Shown: in pieces, positions 28,740 through 43,149 of the stretch | Layout of the letters: every line of letters begins with the position of its first letter | How positions within the stretch are numbered: the first letter of the stretch is position 1 | Assembly (NCBI RefSeq): GCF_000150275.1 | Contig: NW_002060943.1 | Coordinates: 1 to 64,000, forward strand | Reading direction: 5' to 3' | Source of the DNA: Trichoplax adhaerens | Lineage: Eukaryota > Animalia > Placozoa | DNA length: 64,000 bases | Position numbers and translations under genes: made by a program | Notes under the pieces: generated by a model | What the model was told of the DNA's origin: nothing | Databases searched by the model: none | The model's input: only the letters and a program-made list of their open reading frames with translations

Positions 28740-31023
28740 TATACCAAATTAATTGAAATACGATGCTTTTTTATGGAATTTCTAGGAATAAAATCTGTTT
28801 CCCATTTGAAATTGTTTTGAATATTGTGGACTAAAAATTCGATCTTAAAATAGCATCTTAACAACTGCTTACTTACAAATAATAGACTCTAGGGAGCGGA
28901 GTTAAAATGGATAAATCAAATTCTGAAATTCCGTTAATGCCAAAATTCCTGTTTTAAAGTAAGTGTTATAATTAAGGATACGACGCGTCATCCAATATAT
29001 GCTATAATACTGTAACCTTACAATTACTGTAATTACAGGTTTTATAGCAGATTTTTTGTGAAATAGTAAAAGCATAAAATTTATAAAATATGCCATCGGT
29101 AACATCATATTAATTCTTTCAAAATTCTTACTTCTAAATTCATCATGATTCTATATATGTTTAATTTATAAAATACGTTTGCAAGATAAAACATTTTATT
29201 TTAGCTATGAGTGCAGATTTGGCAGTATTGTTAACTAGTAGTAAAATGCATAATCTACTTACAAAAATCGAATATACGGTAATTCTTTAAAAGTATCCTT
29301 TGATAGTGTCCTAATTAGATTTCTTCTAAAATATCTGGCATATTTTCAAAAATTTCACATCAAGCGATCGATATCAAAGACACAACATATAATAGCATAT
29401 AACTGCTACAGTAAATGGTAGCTATGGAGGGTTGTTTATTAATAAATAGCACTTATTGAATTTCTAATTTCGTTTTTAATTTATGTTCCGATTGGAATTC
29501 GAAAGTCAATGTTGGCTATCTGTGATCACTATCATCCAATAAAATAAGTTAATCACATTCTTAAAGCGGAAGACAATCCCTGGAAATGCTCAGATTTAAT
29601 TTCTCGGATTTTGCATTTCAAGCACAACCTTTTTTAAATGAATGGATTACATTACCACAGCCATTTGGATTTATGCCATCGTGCGTTAGTTTTGTAAGTG
29701 GAACATGCGTATTAATAAAAGCAAAATTAATGTCAAATAATTCAATATTAACATCGCAAAAATACATTTTTTCATTTGTTAATAAAAGCCAAGAAATTCT
29801 GCTTTGGAAAAATAAAACTTATTAATAAGATTACTGCTACAGCATACGAACATATTTACTAGCAGGCGACTTCGAGCATATTTAAAATTATCGGCATTTA
29901 AACTCGTACCACTCCACTGCCTAATATGCATTAATATGAACCAAATAAGTTAAGGTTTCAATTAGTACCATACGGACCTTCGCTGCTTGCTTATTATCAA
30001 GTTATTAGCTAACTAGGTCTTGCTTATCTTGCTATAACTGTATAGTATTCCGACTAGACATCCTTAGTAAATACTCGATATTATATGATTACCAAATTTT
30101 AAGTACCTATTTTAATTTGGTATACATACTTTTCTCGAATAGAATATAAGTATAAATGATTGCATCTACCTAAATTTACTAAGAACTGATTCACATAGCG
30201 ATTACTCAGCAATCAGAAAGTGAATAATAGATCTCGTACATTGATGTTAGGTATGGTAGTGGCGGCTTTTCAGGAAATTTCTTACTTGGAACAAATTCTT
30301 TCAATGGGTTTTCAGCGATATCTCTGTTTAAATAATTTAACATCTCAAAATTAGGAAATTTCAGGCTATGAAGTCAGTGTTAAAATATCTTGGTCTATGT
30401 AATTAGATGTAAATTTAAACAGCGTATTTGCAAAGGAGGACTCTAAATATCGATTTATAATTTTATGTAAATCTTATAATAATTTAATACTGAATTCACA
30501 TACAAGAAATATAATGTACGAAAATTATGAAAAACTCCTAGGCTTATATGTTCAATTCGATTGCCATCGATGTGCCTATGATTAAAAAATGGCATGAAGT
30601 GAAATCAGTAAAGTTACTCTTAACTTATGCATATCAAGCTAGAGTATTCGTAAATGAAGAAATAAATGGAGTCTTGCGTTCGTAAAATATATAAATATTA
30701 ATTCTTGCTTTCGTCCATATAATTATATTTACGAACAATTCCAGTAGCCCATTCAAGCCAAAAAAAACTTTTTCGGAAATTACTGTCAGCCTATTTTGTT
30801 CTAAAAATCTAAGACAAATTAAAAATTTTTTAATTTAGTCGAAATGTTTCCTTATATTGGAAACTATAGCTATTGATACATGAGATATCATTTTATGTTT
30901 CTTATGGTTTTCATCGCTATAATTATACGTCATTATGATCAAGTATCTTACAGAAATTTCAACTTGGTTAAATTCTGGAACGATAAATCCTCAATATTTT
31001 CGATCAAATTTTTTTGTAAATCC
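28740..31023 (-). pseudogene. LRR receptor-like gene, partly decayed
   Basis: 72-nt phase-2 exons: 31023-30952 DLQKNLIENIEDLSFQNLTKLKFL; 30808-30737 FLEQNRLTVISEKVFFGLNGLLEL; 30575-30504 HIDGNRIEHISLGVFHNFRTLYFL; about 30323 DIAENPLKEFVPSKKIS* (stop); 29628-29557 LCLKCKIREIKSEHFQGLSSALR; 29334-29263 YFRRNLIRTLSKDTFKELPYIRFL; 28948-28877 NFGINGISEFDLSILTPLPRVYYL. Confidence 0.75.
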
Positions 31024-31156
31024 CTGCAGTCAATTCCGAAATTTGTTACAAAAATGTACTTAGACAAATCAAAAATATAGGATACGCCTAGCTATGCTAA
31101 CAACGATATAAATTAAATGTGAAATAATCTTTTTTCCTCATAAAATTTTATGTTGT

Positions 31157-31470
31157 TGTCACAAACTCCCGTGTGACAAGATACCGTTGTGATCGAATCT
31201 ACGATCTCGCAATAATTCGTACGCCTTCGATTTCCGTTATACTTCTAACCTTAGGAACTAAGAACTACTTTTTATTAACTTTTTCAATCGTTTAAATAGA
31301 TTTTATCTACAAGCTTTTACGCACCTCTTAGATTACTACTAATCCAACTATAGATATATATAACCTTTAACCCATCACAATTTAAATCGTACCGTCTACA
31401 ATCTATATCTGGTTATGTAATCTCGTACACGGTATAAAGTTACTGAACCTCTGACAGGTCTACGACAAAT
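31157..31470 (-). mobile_element. LTR-like fragment
   Basis: Begins TGTCACAAAC...ACAAGATA, the reverse complement of family-A-like LTR 3' ends; far end uncertain. Confidence 0.4.
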
Positions 31471-31507
31471 GGTAAGACTATCTGTTAAATGAGCACATTA
31501 TCGTAAA

Positions 31508-31538
31508 CCGTCAGCAAAGCGACGGGAGTTTGCACTAG
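31508..31538 (+). mobile_element. Helitron-like 3' terminus
   Basis: CCGTC-aGCaaaGC-GACGG hairpin, 9-nt spacer, CTAG (31535-31538) then T. Confidence 0.5.
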
Positions 31539-31954
31539 TAAATACAAAAGAAAATAAAAAAATATTTACAATAGCATATTTATTAAACTAAATATATACG
31601 AGTGTGCATTTATAAAATCATATATTAAATTTATGGACAATAATAATTTAATTGGCATATTTACAGTTGTCTTAGATTGTAAAGTTTATTGTATTGGTAT
31701 GCCGAAACGGTAACCAAATTATTCCGCCGTAGTGATCTAAACATTCAATAGGCAAACCGCATTTAAGAATTAAACAATTTATGACTGGCCTACTAGTATG
31801 TTATTTTCTTTTATTTATTTTCATCAAAGTATCAATTCTTTATGTTATCAATTGATGAATGGCTGATAAAGTTACGTCATTAGTTAAATATCTTTATTTA
31901 TGAACAGTCTAATTTAGCTACGTAATATGTATCAAATGCAGCTTTAAACAGAGT

Positions 31955-32570
31955 CACGAAAGTAATTATCATCACGTATATATTATTTCTATTTTTATGT
32001 TACTTTCTATTATATTTATATCTCAGAAATGTTTACGGTCTCCTTAATTGTAACTTTAGTAGTTAATGGTTGATGTTTTAGCAAATTCCTAGTTTGGGAT
32101 TTCACAGACTAAAATAGTAACTACCATCTGGTTTAACTAGATTGTATTTTTTGTCTCGAAAGATGCTAAGGCTGAAATTGAAATTTTTAAGTTTAGATGA
32201 AATATCTTAGTAGGATAGCCTAATAAGTATTTGTTAAGAATTGCTTAATTTAATACTGATACGGTAAATTTAGTAGGTTTAGGCTGTGTTTAATTCATAG
32301 GGATGGAGGCTCTTTAGAATATTAATTTTGTTAATTTCTAATAGACGAGGTGACTTGTGTAGTTAAACCAGGTTTAGGTACCGAATCCTATATAAGTAGC
32401 TGCCTTGCCGTTCATAAATAGATTTAATATCCTAGAAAGTTATGAGGTCTTACTGTATTAAATCCTATCTATCTGGGAATAATACATGATCGGTATTCCA
32501 GATTTCAATACTCTAGGTTAGAAAACATTCTCTAACATATTTATTGCAAGTTACGGCTATTTCTAGCTCG
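31955..32570 (+). repeat. dispersed repeat family B copy 1 (decayed coding-like, possibly non-LTR RT C-terminal region)
   Basis: About 600 bp shared with 35900-36512 and 39016-39598; + frame gives KYL(S)...PRKL*GLTVLNP, weakly resembling KYLG...PxxxGGL. Confidence 0.7.
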
Positions 32571-35500
32571 TAACAAACAGCTATTTAAAGAAGCAATCTT
32601 GTAGAAAGATAATGCTTGATACCTTTAACTAATCCATACATTTTAGTTTGCAACAACACTAACGCGATATCGAAAGTTTATGTTGAAAAGCTTGAAATGA
32701 CATTTATAATCTAAGTTTGACTGTATTTTGGCATTTCGAAGCACCAGATTGCGAGAAATAGTGATTAAATTATTATATACAAAAGTGCTCACAACTGCAG
32801 GTCAATGATTTATTTTAGGAAAATACTGTAAAGCACGAGAATTTTATAAATTCGCTGATTACGGTAGAATTACATATGCTTATAATCAAAATAGTGGACA
32901 GCTTTACTTAAACTTACTACCATCTGCACCATAAGTAATACAATTTTATTTAATATGAATACGCTACAGCTTGTACAAAAGACTGAACTGCCTTTACATA
33001 TTATTACTGACACTTACAATGACTCTAAATTGGCTATCGTTGCTAATCCATATTTCTCAATTACGCTAATCGAATTATATTCCAAATGTCTATAATTCGT
33101 ATTAGCAAAGCGATGATATCATTTCTCCAATTATTCAATCGATTATACCATCATTTTAAACATATTTTATAACGTGTAGCGAATCAATTTTTATTCTAGT
33201 ATTTTTTGCATTGAATAAAAAGGGTTTATAAAGAAGTTGAATTCAAAAAAACTTGTCATATAAGAATTTTCTTACAAAAATGTCAGTGATGGTAAATGGG
33301 GAAAACTGTTGTTTCTGATTTCTGAAATTCCATTATTATTTAAAACTCTATAGAGCAGACCATAAATTAATCGATTTAAGAAATACTCCTTTAAACTACT
33401 CTTCTATTCACGATGTTTTAATTAGTTGCTAATATTTGAAATTCTTAATTAAATAGTAAGAATTGATCCACAAGTAGAATTACAATGGAAATTTATCATA
33501 AGAAATATGCTAACTCAAGTAGCATTACGTCGTAACTTACAAATTTTTTAAATTTATTAGTCCTTCAAATTTTTTATTTTCAACGACAAATGGAACATTT
33601 TCCATATCTTTTACAACACTAAGAGGAACAAGGGAGTAAAAGTGTATATTATATATATATATATTAAATTTGATCACTAGCTTAAGCAATACTATATGAC
33701 TGAGTACTTATAAATTTGCTGACAGATTTCATGAAGTAACGATACAATCACTGATAATATATTTCAATGCATATATTCTCTTATGAACTTGATTGCAACT
33801 TACAGCGAAGAAAGTAATGGATTATTTCCAAACGTAAAATTTGAAGGAATGTAGCTTGGACTGATCGACCTAGATTGATTGCAAAACAAAAGCAAAATTA
33901 TTAATTTCATACGAAACTAACTCCACTATTCTACATGTACACAAGCTTGCTTATTGTCGAAGTAATCATGGGATTTTGAGATTATCATACTATAGGAAAT
34001 AGGAGATATTATTGCTAGTATAAGACTTCAAGAAAGTTAAAAAAAATACTAGATGATCATCACATCCAAAAAAGTTTATTTTCCTCAACTTAATTCACAT
34101 GTATCATATTTTGCCATCACTTACAATTTTTGTAACATTTTCAAAGCTGTCGTGTCAAGCTGGGATGCATTTGCTAGGCTTGCTGACCTTAAATGGTAAT
34201 TATAATTACGAATGAGGCTCATCGTTTTATTGTCGAATCACCTCCTAATTCTATTATAATTATTTCAATAAATATAGCCTAGGCACTTACAGTGTAGCAA
34301 CGTAATGAAAAACTCTTAGAGCATTATGTGATATTTTTGATAAAGGATTATCTTTCAAATATCTGCTTTTCCGTGAAAATTACGTAAATATAGACAATGT
34401 ATCAATGAAATTTCACAATTTTCAGAAGTAATATCGAAATTCATATATTTTACTGTAGCGGAAATTAAAATCATTCAGGCTATTTCGTAATTATTAAAAA
34501 GTGAGCTGCTATTTCTGGTATAATATTTTTGTATTTTTAGAAAGTTAGGGTAAATCTTACAAATATTTTAATCCATATATTGGCTTAACATTAGAATGAC
34601 CGTCCCAGTAAATTCTTATAATACGATTTCGTTCCAAGTTTCTAAAGGAAAGTTTAGACAAGCTTAAAATCTGAGCGTTAGGATGATTTTACGTTCGTTA
34701 TCTAAGACTTAAATTTTTCAACCTCAAGCTATCAAATGATATTTTATTACAATGTTTTCAACTCCGATAACAATGACAAGGATATTATGTTGAGAATAGA
34801 AGCCAAATTATTTTTTAGTGATCTATTAGCAAAAGAGAGTTACATAATCAAGAATTAATGGAGGCACATAATAGCACATATGTTCCTTTTAGATAAAGTC
34901 TTCACTAAGAAATAATGATAGGACTACATGCCATTCAATTACTTCATAAATTTCAGCTTACAGCAAATTTAAGGTGTTACGACAATTTCTTAACGCTTCA
35001 AAATCGAAATATGAGATATAATTTTCATTTATAGATCTGTAGGTTAAGATTAAAGCATTGGTATCGTGATTTTAACTGGTTGAAGTCAACAATATCGATA
35101 CGATTTTAATTATATTAGTAAAGGGTCATCATTTACAGCGTCCGTTAATTTTTATAAATATACAGTAAGTACATAAACACCTGTATAGCTGTAGCAGAAA
35201 GAGTGACAGTAGAAAAATAAGGGATTTAGTATGGAAATCCTAAGATTTGTGTACGACACTAAGGTCTTACTTAGATATTTTCTTATTTTTCTTGCAGTAA
35301 ATCAATTCTTGTTTCGATTTATACACGATATATTACTTAGCAGATATTGATTTAATTTCTTTATTAATTCCAGTCTGTATGCGTTATCGAGCTGGATGCA
35401 CCTTGTTTACAACTAGTAATTAATTATTTACGATCATTAAAATAGTTATGCTGAGTGATTTAAGATTGAAAAGTTAATTCGAGTGATTAAAAATATTGTC

Positions 35501-35899
35501 GAAGAATATTGTGTACTAAATTGTGCAGACAGCAATCCTCAATTGTTATCGGATCACCTTTATTGTAATTACTATTTATGACTTAGAGTTAGATCATAAC
35601 ATGTTAATTATTATTAATTATACTACTGCTGTATAGTAATGCAATTAATTAATTCAAGATGGTGGCATTACGCCATTCGTACGTATGATGGTCAATCGAA
35701 CATGTTGATTAATGTTAATCCGCGATAAGTATTAATTAACACTCGGTCTAGTCTATATTAAGCCTGTAAAATATATTGCATAGAATATTACTTGATTTAA
35801 TATCAGAGACTAGCACTGAACATTTTAGTGACATAGGATTTAAGTATATATAAGCTAGATTATTAATTTTCAACCTCAAAACTGAAATGATTTTGAACA

Positions 35900-36512
35900 T
35901 GATTACTTTCGTGACGTATGCTTTATTTCTATGTTACGTTCTATATATGTTTATATCTCAGAAATGTTTACGGTCTCCTTAATTGTAATTTTAGTGGTTA
36001 AAATTTGATATCCTGAATTTAGGATTACATAGACTAAAATAGTAATTGTCAATCAGCTAAAGTGGATTATATCTATCGCCTCCAAGGTTGTTAAGGTTCA
36101 AAGTACAATTCCTAAGTTTAGAGGAAATGTCTTAGTAGGACAGCTTTATATGTGCTGCATCTGTTAAGCTATCAATAAGCATTGATTATTTTAGTACTGT
36201 TACAGTAAATTTAACAGGATCAGAGTGTATCTAATCTGTACAGATAGAATCTCTCAAGGGTATTAATTTGGTTAATTTCTAATTTATGAGGTGACTTGTT
36301 TTGCTAAGCCGTTTTTGGTCCGAAACCTATGTAAACGGCGACTTCGCTGACAATAAATTAGATTGTGATTTTCTAGTAAGTCATGAAGGTCTCCCCGTGT
36401 TAAACCCTATCTGCCTTGGAAAACCATTTTTCTGGTATTCCAAATAACAGTAATAAACGATAGAAATCACTCTCTCAATCCTTGTTGCAAGTTAGGGCTA
36501 TTCCTAGCTCCT
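35900..36512 (+). repeat. dispersed repeat family B copy 2
   Basis: 'tttatatctcagaaatgtttacggtctccttaattgtaa'...'gcaagttagggctattcctag' shared with the other copies. Confidence 0.7.
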
Positions 36513-36859
36513 AAGAAGTCATTAACTTAACTTAGAGTCATTTATATATAAAGGATTTATGTAGTAACTTTGGTTAATTGTAGTTGCTTTATTCTTTAAA
36601 ATACTATAGTAGTATAAAGTGCAATACCGTGCAAACTAGAATTATCAGCAGTATTTAATAATTTAATAGCAAATTATAAGCTATAAACCTACAAATTATA
36701 GTGTAAGATCATTGAATACTGCATTTGCCATTTGAATTAAAACTGTTTTTATTCTATACTCGTAACCAATTGCCGCATTTAATTAAATAGAGTGACTATT
36801 TTTAGCCATTATAATCTCTCTTCGTCATATTGTGGGCCATGATTAATGAAAGCTTACAT

Positions 36860-38600
36860 GGATTTTAGACTTCGTGAACCAAAGCAAATATTCTTATCGA
36901 TATTTTGAAAGTGATTTTTATCTATAATCCTGGTATTCCGAAAGGCAAAATCCAAAACAGTTAGATAAATTGCGATTAAATCTCACGTCTGAATAATTAT
37001 TATGAAATAAATCTGGTGTCTTACACTTGTTGTAGAGATGGTAGGCTTGCAAATGTGCTGGTTGGAAGATGACTCAATAAATTATCTGTCAGGATTCTAT
37101 TTGATGTACAAATAAATTAGTTAAAATATTGATAAAACACTATTATATTAGAAACGCAGGCACAAGTTCAATAAGTATATTCATTGTTTGTAACTCTTTA
37201 AAGAATGCAAAATTTGTGATTATAGCTTGACGATAAAGAATTTTTAATCACATTGGTTTGGAAATTAGTATTTTTATCATACAAAATTATAGTCATTAAG
37301 TGTTCGGGTATAAACGGACTTGCTACTCGATCATTATATGCGTATGTTTTCTGACTATGAACATCATAAAATTCATTTGAACCGTTCTTACAATTTCTGT
37401 AAGGAGTATAAACCATGGAAGGTCGCATTGGTTATTTTCTTTATCATATTATTTTGTAAGTTCCTATAAAGCATCAATTCATTCATAACTTTTCAAGTTT
37501 TCAATCTAAGTGATCTGGATAATATTTGATTAATAATAACATGTTGCGAATAATTAAATGCAAATTGAAAATTTTAGATTAATCTTCTGTATTTAGTAAG
37601 CATTGACAGTACTCCAGCCTTTAAGAAGATAAAGACGAAAATGTAATAATATTGAACGCTGATATTGAGAAGTTTTATTGGGTAACATTCATCATTTAGA
37701 ATGAATATAAATTTCGTCATCCCAATGATTACTTTCTAAAATATTAAACGATATTATTGAATATATCTGTAGTATTAATTAAAATAGTTACAGAAATACT
37801 TAAAAGTTTCACACCGCAATGCTGCACTAAGGTCTAAAATCAATTACACAATAAGATAATTTAAAATCAAAATGATAACATTCTTGATCTAGCGTTGTAT
37901 TAATAAATGATGTGAAAGGGACAATAAGGATTTAAAAGCGAATGAAATTTAATAATGATAAGCTATTCTAACATAATACATACAGCTCCGTTAGAGCTTT
38001 AAGTTCCTTGAAGGCTTGATCACAAATTGTGCGAATCTTACTGCTTTGTAGTAGGCTAGATATTATAATAAAACAACTTGAAATCACCAATTAACTTATT
38101 AACATATTTTAATCGTTACATCTTAATCATATTATTTCAATGTTTATCTGATGACTAGATACTTCTTAAAGATCAAACGTGATTAGATCTATGCATTTAC
38201 AAATATAACTCTAAAGAAGTAATGCAATCTATAAAAAATTGATCTTTTACTATCGCTGTGAAATACTCTAAGATGGTAATTAATCTTCTAAAACTTAAAT
38301 TGGAAGACCAAGTTTTACTTATTTCTATATAATACTCTTATATGCAAATTTAATGACTTATAATACTTTTGTTACACCGGCCAAGCTTACAGCTTATGAA
38401 GCGCTCGTAATTTCATTATTTTCCCGCATGCTATATGCCTTACATATCCTCCTGCTAAATCACTTGATGAAAAGTCATCGGAAAAATATTTTAATTAGTG
38501 TACAAATATTGAAATATCCTCATGTTAAAATCTTGTATAATGCGCTCTAAAAGGTTTACAGTTCATGAATTTAGGCTTATTGAAAATAATTGATATCTCT
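36860..38600 (-). pseudogene. decayed LRR receptor-like gene
   Basis: Exons 38462-38391 DLAGGYVRHIACGKIMKLRALHKL and 37096-37025 ILTDNLLSHLPTSTFASLPSLQQV; frameshifted 73-nt exon about 38056-37984 (LLQSSKIRTICDQAFKELK) and frameshifted exon about 36929-36859. Confidence 0.7.
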
Positions 38601-39015
38601 TTCATTTTGAAAACTTCTAAACTAATATAATAGCATAACATTGTATATCTATTGGCATCTTGTTCGACGCATAATTCCGTCAATTCATAATTTTTTTGCT
38701 AGTACTTCTCATCTGGTAATAGCTTTCTAATAGGAAACATTAAGTCTAGTATTTTTGTAAGCGTATCATTTTGAGCTAAAGCATGTTATAAATTAAATAC
38801 TTCTATCTACTAGACTAAAAATAAACCTAGCAAAGTTGCTGGAAGATGTAAAAGTCAGACAAATCTTAAATGCGAAATAAAATAGTAATTAACTGAAAAT
38901 TTACCAATTTTGCTTCAAAAGGGTAAGATTCTATTTACTTCGATAACTAGCTAGCATCTCCATTAACTTTTATGCTTCTTAATTTAATAACTGCCCTTAG
39001 TACGGTATACTAGTA

Positions 39016-39598
39016 TCATGAAAGTAATCTTCGTAGTGTGTACTTTATTTCTATATTACGTTCATTGTGTGTTTATATCTCAGAAATGTTTGTGGTCTCC
39101 TTAATTGTAACTTTAGCGGTTAAAAGTTGATATGTTAGTAATCTTTAATATAGGATTACATAGACTAAGATAGTAATTGCCAACTACTTTAACTGGATTG
39201 TATCTATCAACTCCAAATATGTTAAGGTTATAAGTACAATTTCTAAGTTTAGAAGAATATCTTAGTAGGGTAGCCTAATATGTATTTGTTAAACTATTAT
39301 AAAAAATTGATTAGTTTAATACTGATCTATTAAATTTAATAGGATTACACTGTGTTTAATCTATACAGATAGAAGTTCTTTAGAGTAGCAATGTGGTTAA
39401 TTTCTGATAGTCGAGTTGACTTGTGTAGTTAAATCAGTATTAGGCACCAAAATCTATATAAGTTTCAGAAAGTTTGAAGGTCTCTCAGTGCTCAATTCTA
39501 TCTACCTAGGAATACCAATAGAATGGTATTCCAAATAAGAGTAGTGCAGCTTAGGAAATACTTTTTCAACCCTTGTGGCAAGTTAGGGCTATTCCTAC
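39016..39598 (+). repeat. dispersed repeat family B copy 3
   Basis: Homologous to 31955-32570 and 35900-36512. Confidence 0.7.
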
Positions 39599-42180
39599 AT
39601 TAAATCACATATTAGCTTAGGGGCAAAATTAAGAAAAAGAATGCGTTACGATGTCATTGACAATTACCTTTGGATATAGAAAATTAAGAAACGATGTTAG
39701 TGCTGATAATTCCTCGACTACACGTTGTAAAGAAAGTTTCAAATTTTTTGGTTTGCATTTTACTGTAAATAATCTGCAGTTTTTTCTCAAGACAAAGGCT
39801 CACTTACGGATATATTTTATTACCAATCTTATTGGAGCTCGGTCTATAATAGGCTTACTGATAAAATTGATACTAAATACCACGGAATACAATCGTTAAG
39901 TTTATCATTTCCAACTTAAACTTTAATTTTTTAAATACTATTACAAATTTGGTTTCATTTATTATAATATAATTAGAATAATCGCTGGAATGAAGGTTGC
40001 AATTAAATAATCCTAAATACTAGCTTTGATCGCTATTCGTGAAATAAAATTTACATTATATTTTGTGAAGCTATCGGTACAAATTCGTATACAATTGTTA
40101 GTATATCTGTCCGGTTATGTATACCGTTTCAATCTTTTAAATTAGAAGCTGAGATTTCGGATACCAATAGCAATTTATTGATGAATGTTAATATAGGCGA
40201 TTATGCTCTTTTAGATTTGTCTATCTAAAATTTGAAATTTACTTTTAATGCTATAATACTTACAGATATTCAAGATATTTCATATCCTGAAATGCTGTAA
40301 TTGCGGAGCCATTGTAATTAACATATCCAAAAAGCCTAAGAAATTGAACAAATATATTAGAGTTTTACTCATCAATGTTCAAATCAACCATTATTTTGCG
40401 CTTGAACGCATTATATTATAAACATCACATCAAAAACGTTACGCGAAATGAAGTTTTGGTATTGCCAAATTAATTATGCCTGCAATTTCTTGGATAGGAT
40501 TTAAGGACATATCCCTTTAAATATGAAAGTAATCATAGTCAATAACTTTTGATAGAGTAGCTTAAGATTTACGTACATAAAATATCTCAACGGATAAAGC
40601 TCAATGGAATTTTACAATATATATAATAATTAATGAACAGCATAAGACAGAAAACTTAAGCCTACGCTACGTGTAGCTTTATTATAGTCCTCAAGAGAAC
40701 TTAAGATTAAGATCTTAATATAGTCCAAAAGTGAAGCGAATTGTTCGTAAGATTGTGAAATTGGCAACAGATTTACTTGATGATATTTATAACACTTATT
40801 AAAGTCATTTGTACTGCGATATTTGCATTATGACTTAGAGATATTATTAAGGTATATTGCACTAAGTTTTGTAACTTTATGCCAAATGTGTATGATACGG
40901 TAATATATAGTTGCAGGATGCGTGATGTCGTTTATTATAGGATCGTTTAAAGTCCGACTATGCTATTTGTAGAAGTTAGTGACCTGGTTAAGAAGTCTGT
41001 TAGCTAGGAGATTAATCTATACTCGTGCCGGAGTTTATGGTAGTAAGGAAATCCTTAAGAAATTAAAGTGCTTCATATTATTTAAATCGAATTTGATTGA
41101 AAGCTAATCAATGTATGTTGATTGTATATCTAATTCGTCGATATATTTCAGCAAAGTACAACGCTGAGTAATTTAGTACCGGTATAATACCGGCTTTACG
41201 TAGAATTTTCTATGAAGCTAAAATTCTAAGTGCTAATTATTAATCGATTACGTAATGGTTAATAAACTTGCAATTTTGTAACTTAATTGATGAGATACGA
41301 TTATGTTGCTAAAAGTAGTCCTATTACTAGTTTCCAGATCCAGCGGACAGATTGAAGATAGACTGTTCTAGGCATTTACTTAATGAATCACTTTGTGTAC
41401 TAAAGGAAAGCTTCACAGGAATAGTTAGTCATTATTATAATGTTTGATGATAAATAATTGATTGCTTGTCTGAATTCTATTCTTGATTAAGTTTTGTTAC
41501 CTTTATGAGCCAAAAATGGAATATAGCAATCAAATAGTTTGTAAAATCTCTCTTAATTCATTTAATTCATCGGTTTATAATAGAGATTTAATCGTGTTTC
41601 TATTTAAATTTTTGTCATGTTTTCCCTAACTTTCTATTGATAAGATATCTCAAGATCAATAACTATCAAGTAAAATTTCAACTTTGAAGATTTACTACCT
41701 GTAAGTAATTTTATCGGCATTACATTACAGAGATAAACTTTCTTGTGTCTTATCAATTCCTGTGCAATTTATTGCACTTGAATTAAGAATCCTTAATGAG
41801 AAGTAACCTAATGGCTAACTATTTCAATTGTTAATATACTTACAAATAAATAAGGTTATACAGGTTGCTAAATATGTTTGCATGAATTGAACGGATGGTA
41901 TTGTTTCTTAAATTTCTGTTATAATTATGTATAATTAATAGCAGCATATTAATATTTATCTAAATCATAAATAATTGGATTATATCCTTTTACTCTTAAT
42001 GGATTTAATTTCTATTGTGCCATTGAAAAGTAAAAGCATACATATGAGAAAGGATAATAGTCTTTGCGAAGATGCCATGTTTTATTTCTTGGAGGAAACA
42101 ATTCGTAAAAGCGCTAATTAAAGATTACCATAAAGGCATGTTTTTTTAAAACTGATTATCACAGCAGTCAAGTTCTATCG

Positions 42181-42811
42181 TATCACAAAACAGCTTTGCA
42201 ACAAGATAACGCAATATACGATCAATAAGTCAATTCCTTGAACCACGTATCAAGGAACGATATCTGCACTATCGCAAGCACTTTTGCTCTACTAGCAGAC
42301 TACACAAAGACTTAAACGCCTCGTATTTTACGTTAAACACTAAGTTGGAGAATTCTTCTTTATTTCACGATATACTGCATTTATATACTATTCCTCAATA
42401 GTTCATGAGTCATAGTTAATACAATTAACATTGGAATCATTTACTGAATTAGATATTAATTTTAGCTACTGCTCCCTTAATGCAGACAACAGTATTTACG
42501 AACATAGACATGTAATGACTAATACAGAATAGTCAGATTACGGTATGTCCTATCACGGAACATTTCCATGATAATTTACAGTCTACCATAAGTAAATTAC
42601 AATCACAATGATTCGAACTGTAAGCAGATGATTTGCATTCCCTATTATAACTATTAATTTCAGTATGTGTATAAGTGTCACTGTCATAAAAAGTCAGTGC
42701 TATATTAAAACACAGTATATCCAAATTAGAAGTTAACTAAATAAGGATAGTCTAACAGAATTATCCTAACATAGATATTTCTACTGTAATACAGTATTTA
42801 ACACTGTAACA
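42181..42811 (-). mobile_element. solo LTR family A full copy
   Basis: TATCAC...TGTAACA ends; near-identical to 24846-25402 and 7164-8366. Confidence 0.8.
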
Positions 42812-43149
42812 ACTTCGTATTATAGATTTCAAATACGTAAAGAACTAACTCTCTTGCATTACGTTAATTTTTATCATTTATATTTATTCACTAATTATAA
42901 AAATATAAATCACTTTTACTACGAATTAAATATTCAATCGATTGTAACAACTGTGATTTCAGTGATACATTGAATTATCAGCCTCAGCTTACAGTAAACA
43001 TTACAAAATAATAATGATTGCCATATCATGCTCACAGATTTTTCAAGTTGTGTTGCTTTATAAAGATTTTCTTATCCAAGTTTTGAATTAGAGTATTTTT
43101 CACTTTCCTAGTACGATGACGAAAGTTTTACTTTAGGTCATTTTAATTT

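Noticed and set aside
29555-29640. Plus-strand LRRCT-like 'DNPWKCS'
   Set aside because: It is the antisense of a proper 72-nt minus-strand LRR exon (29628-29557).
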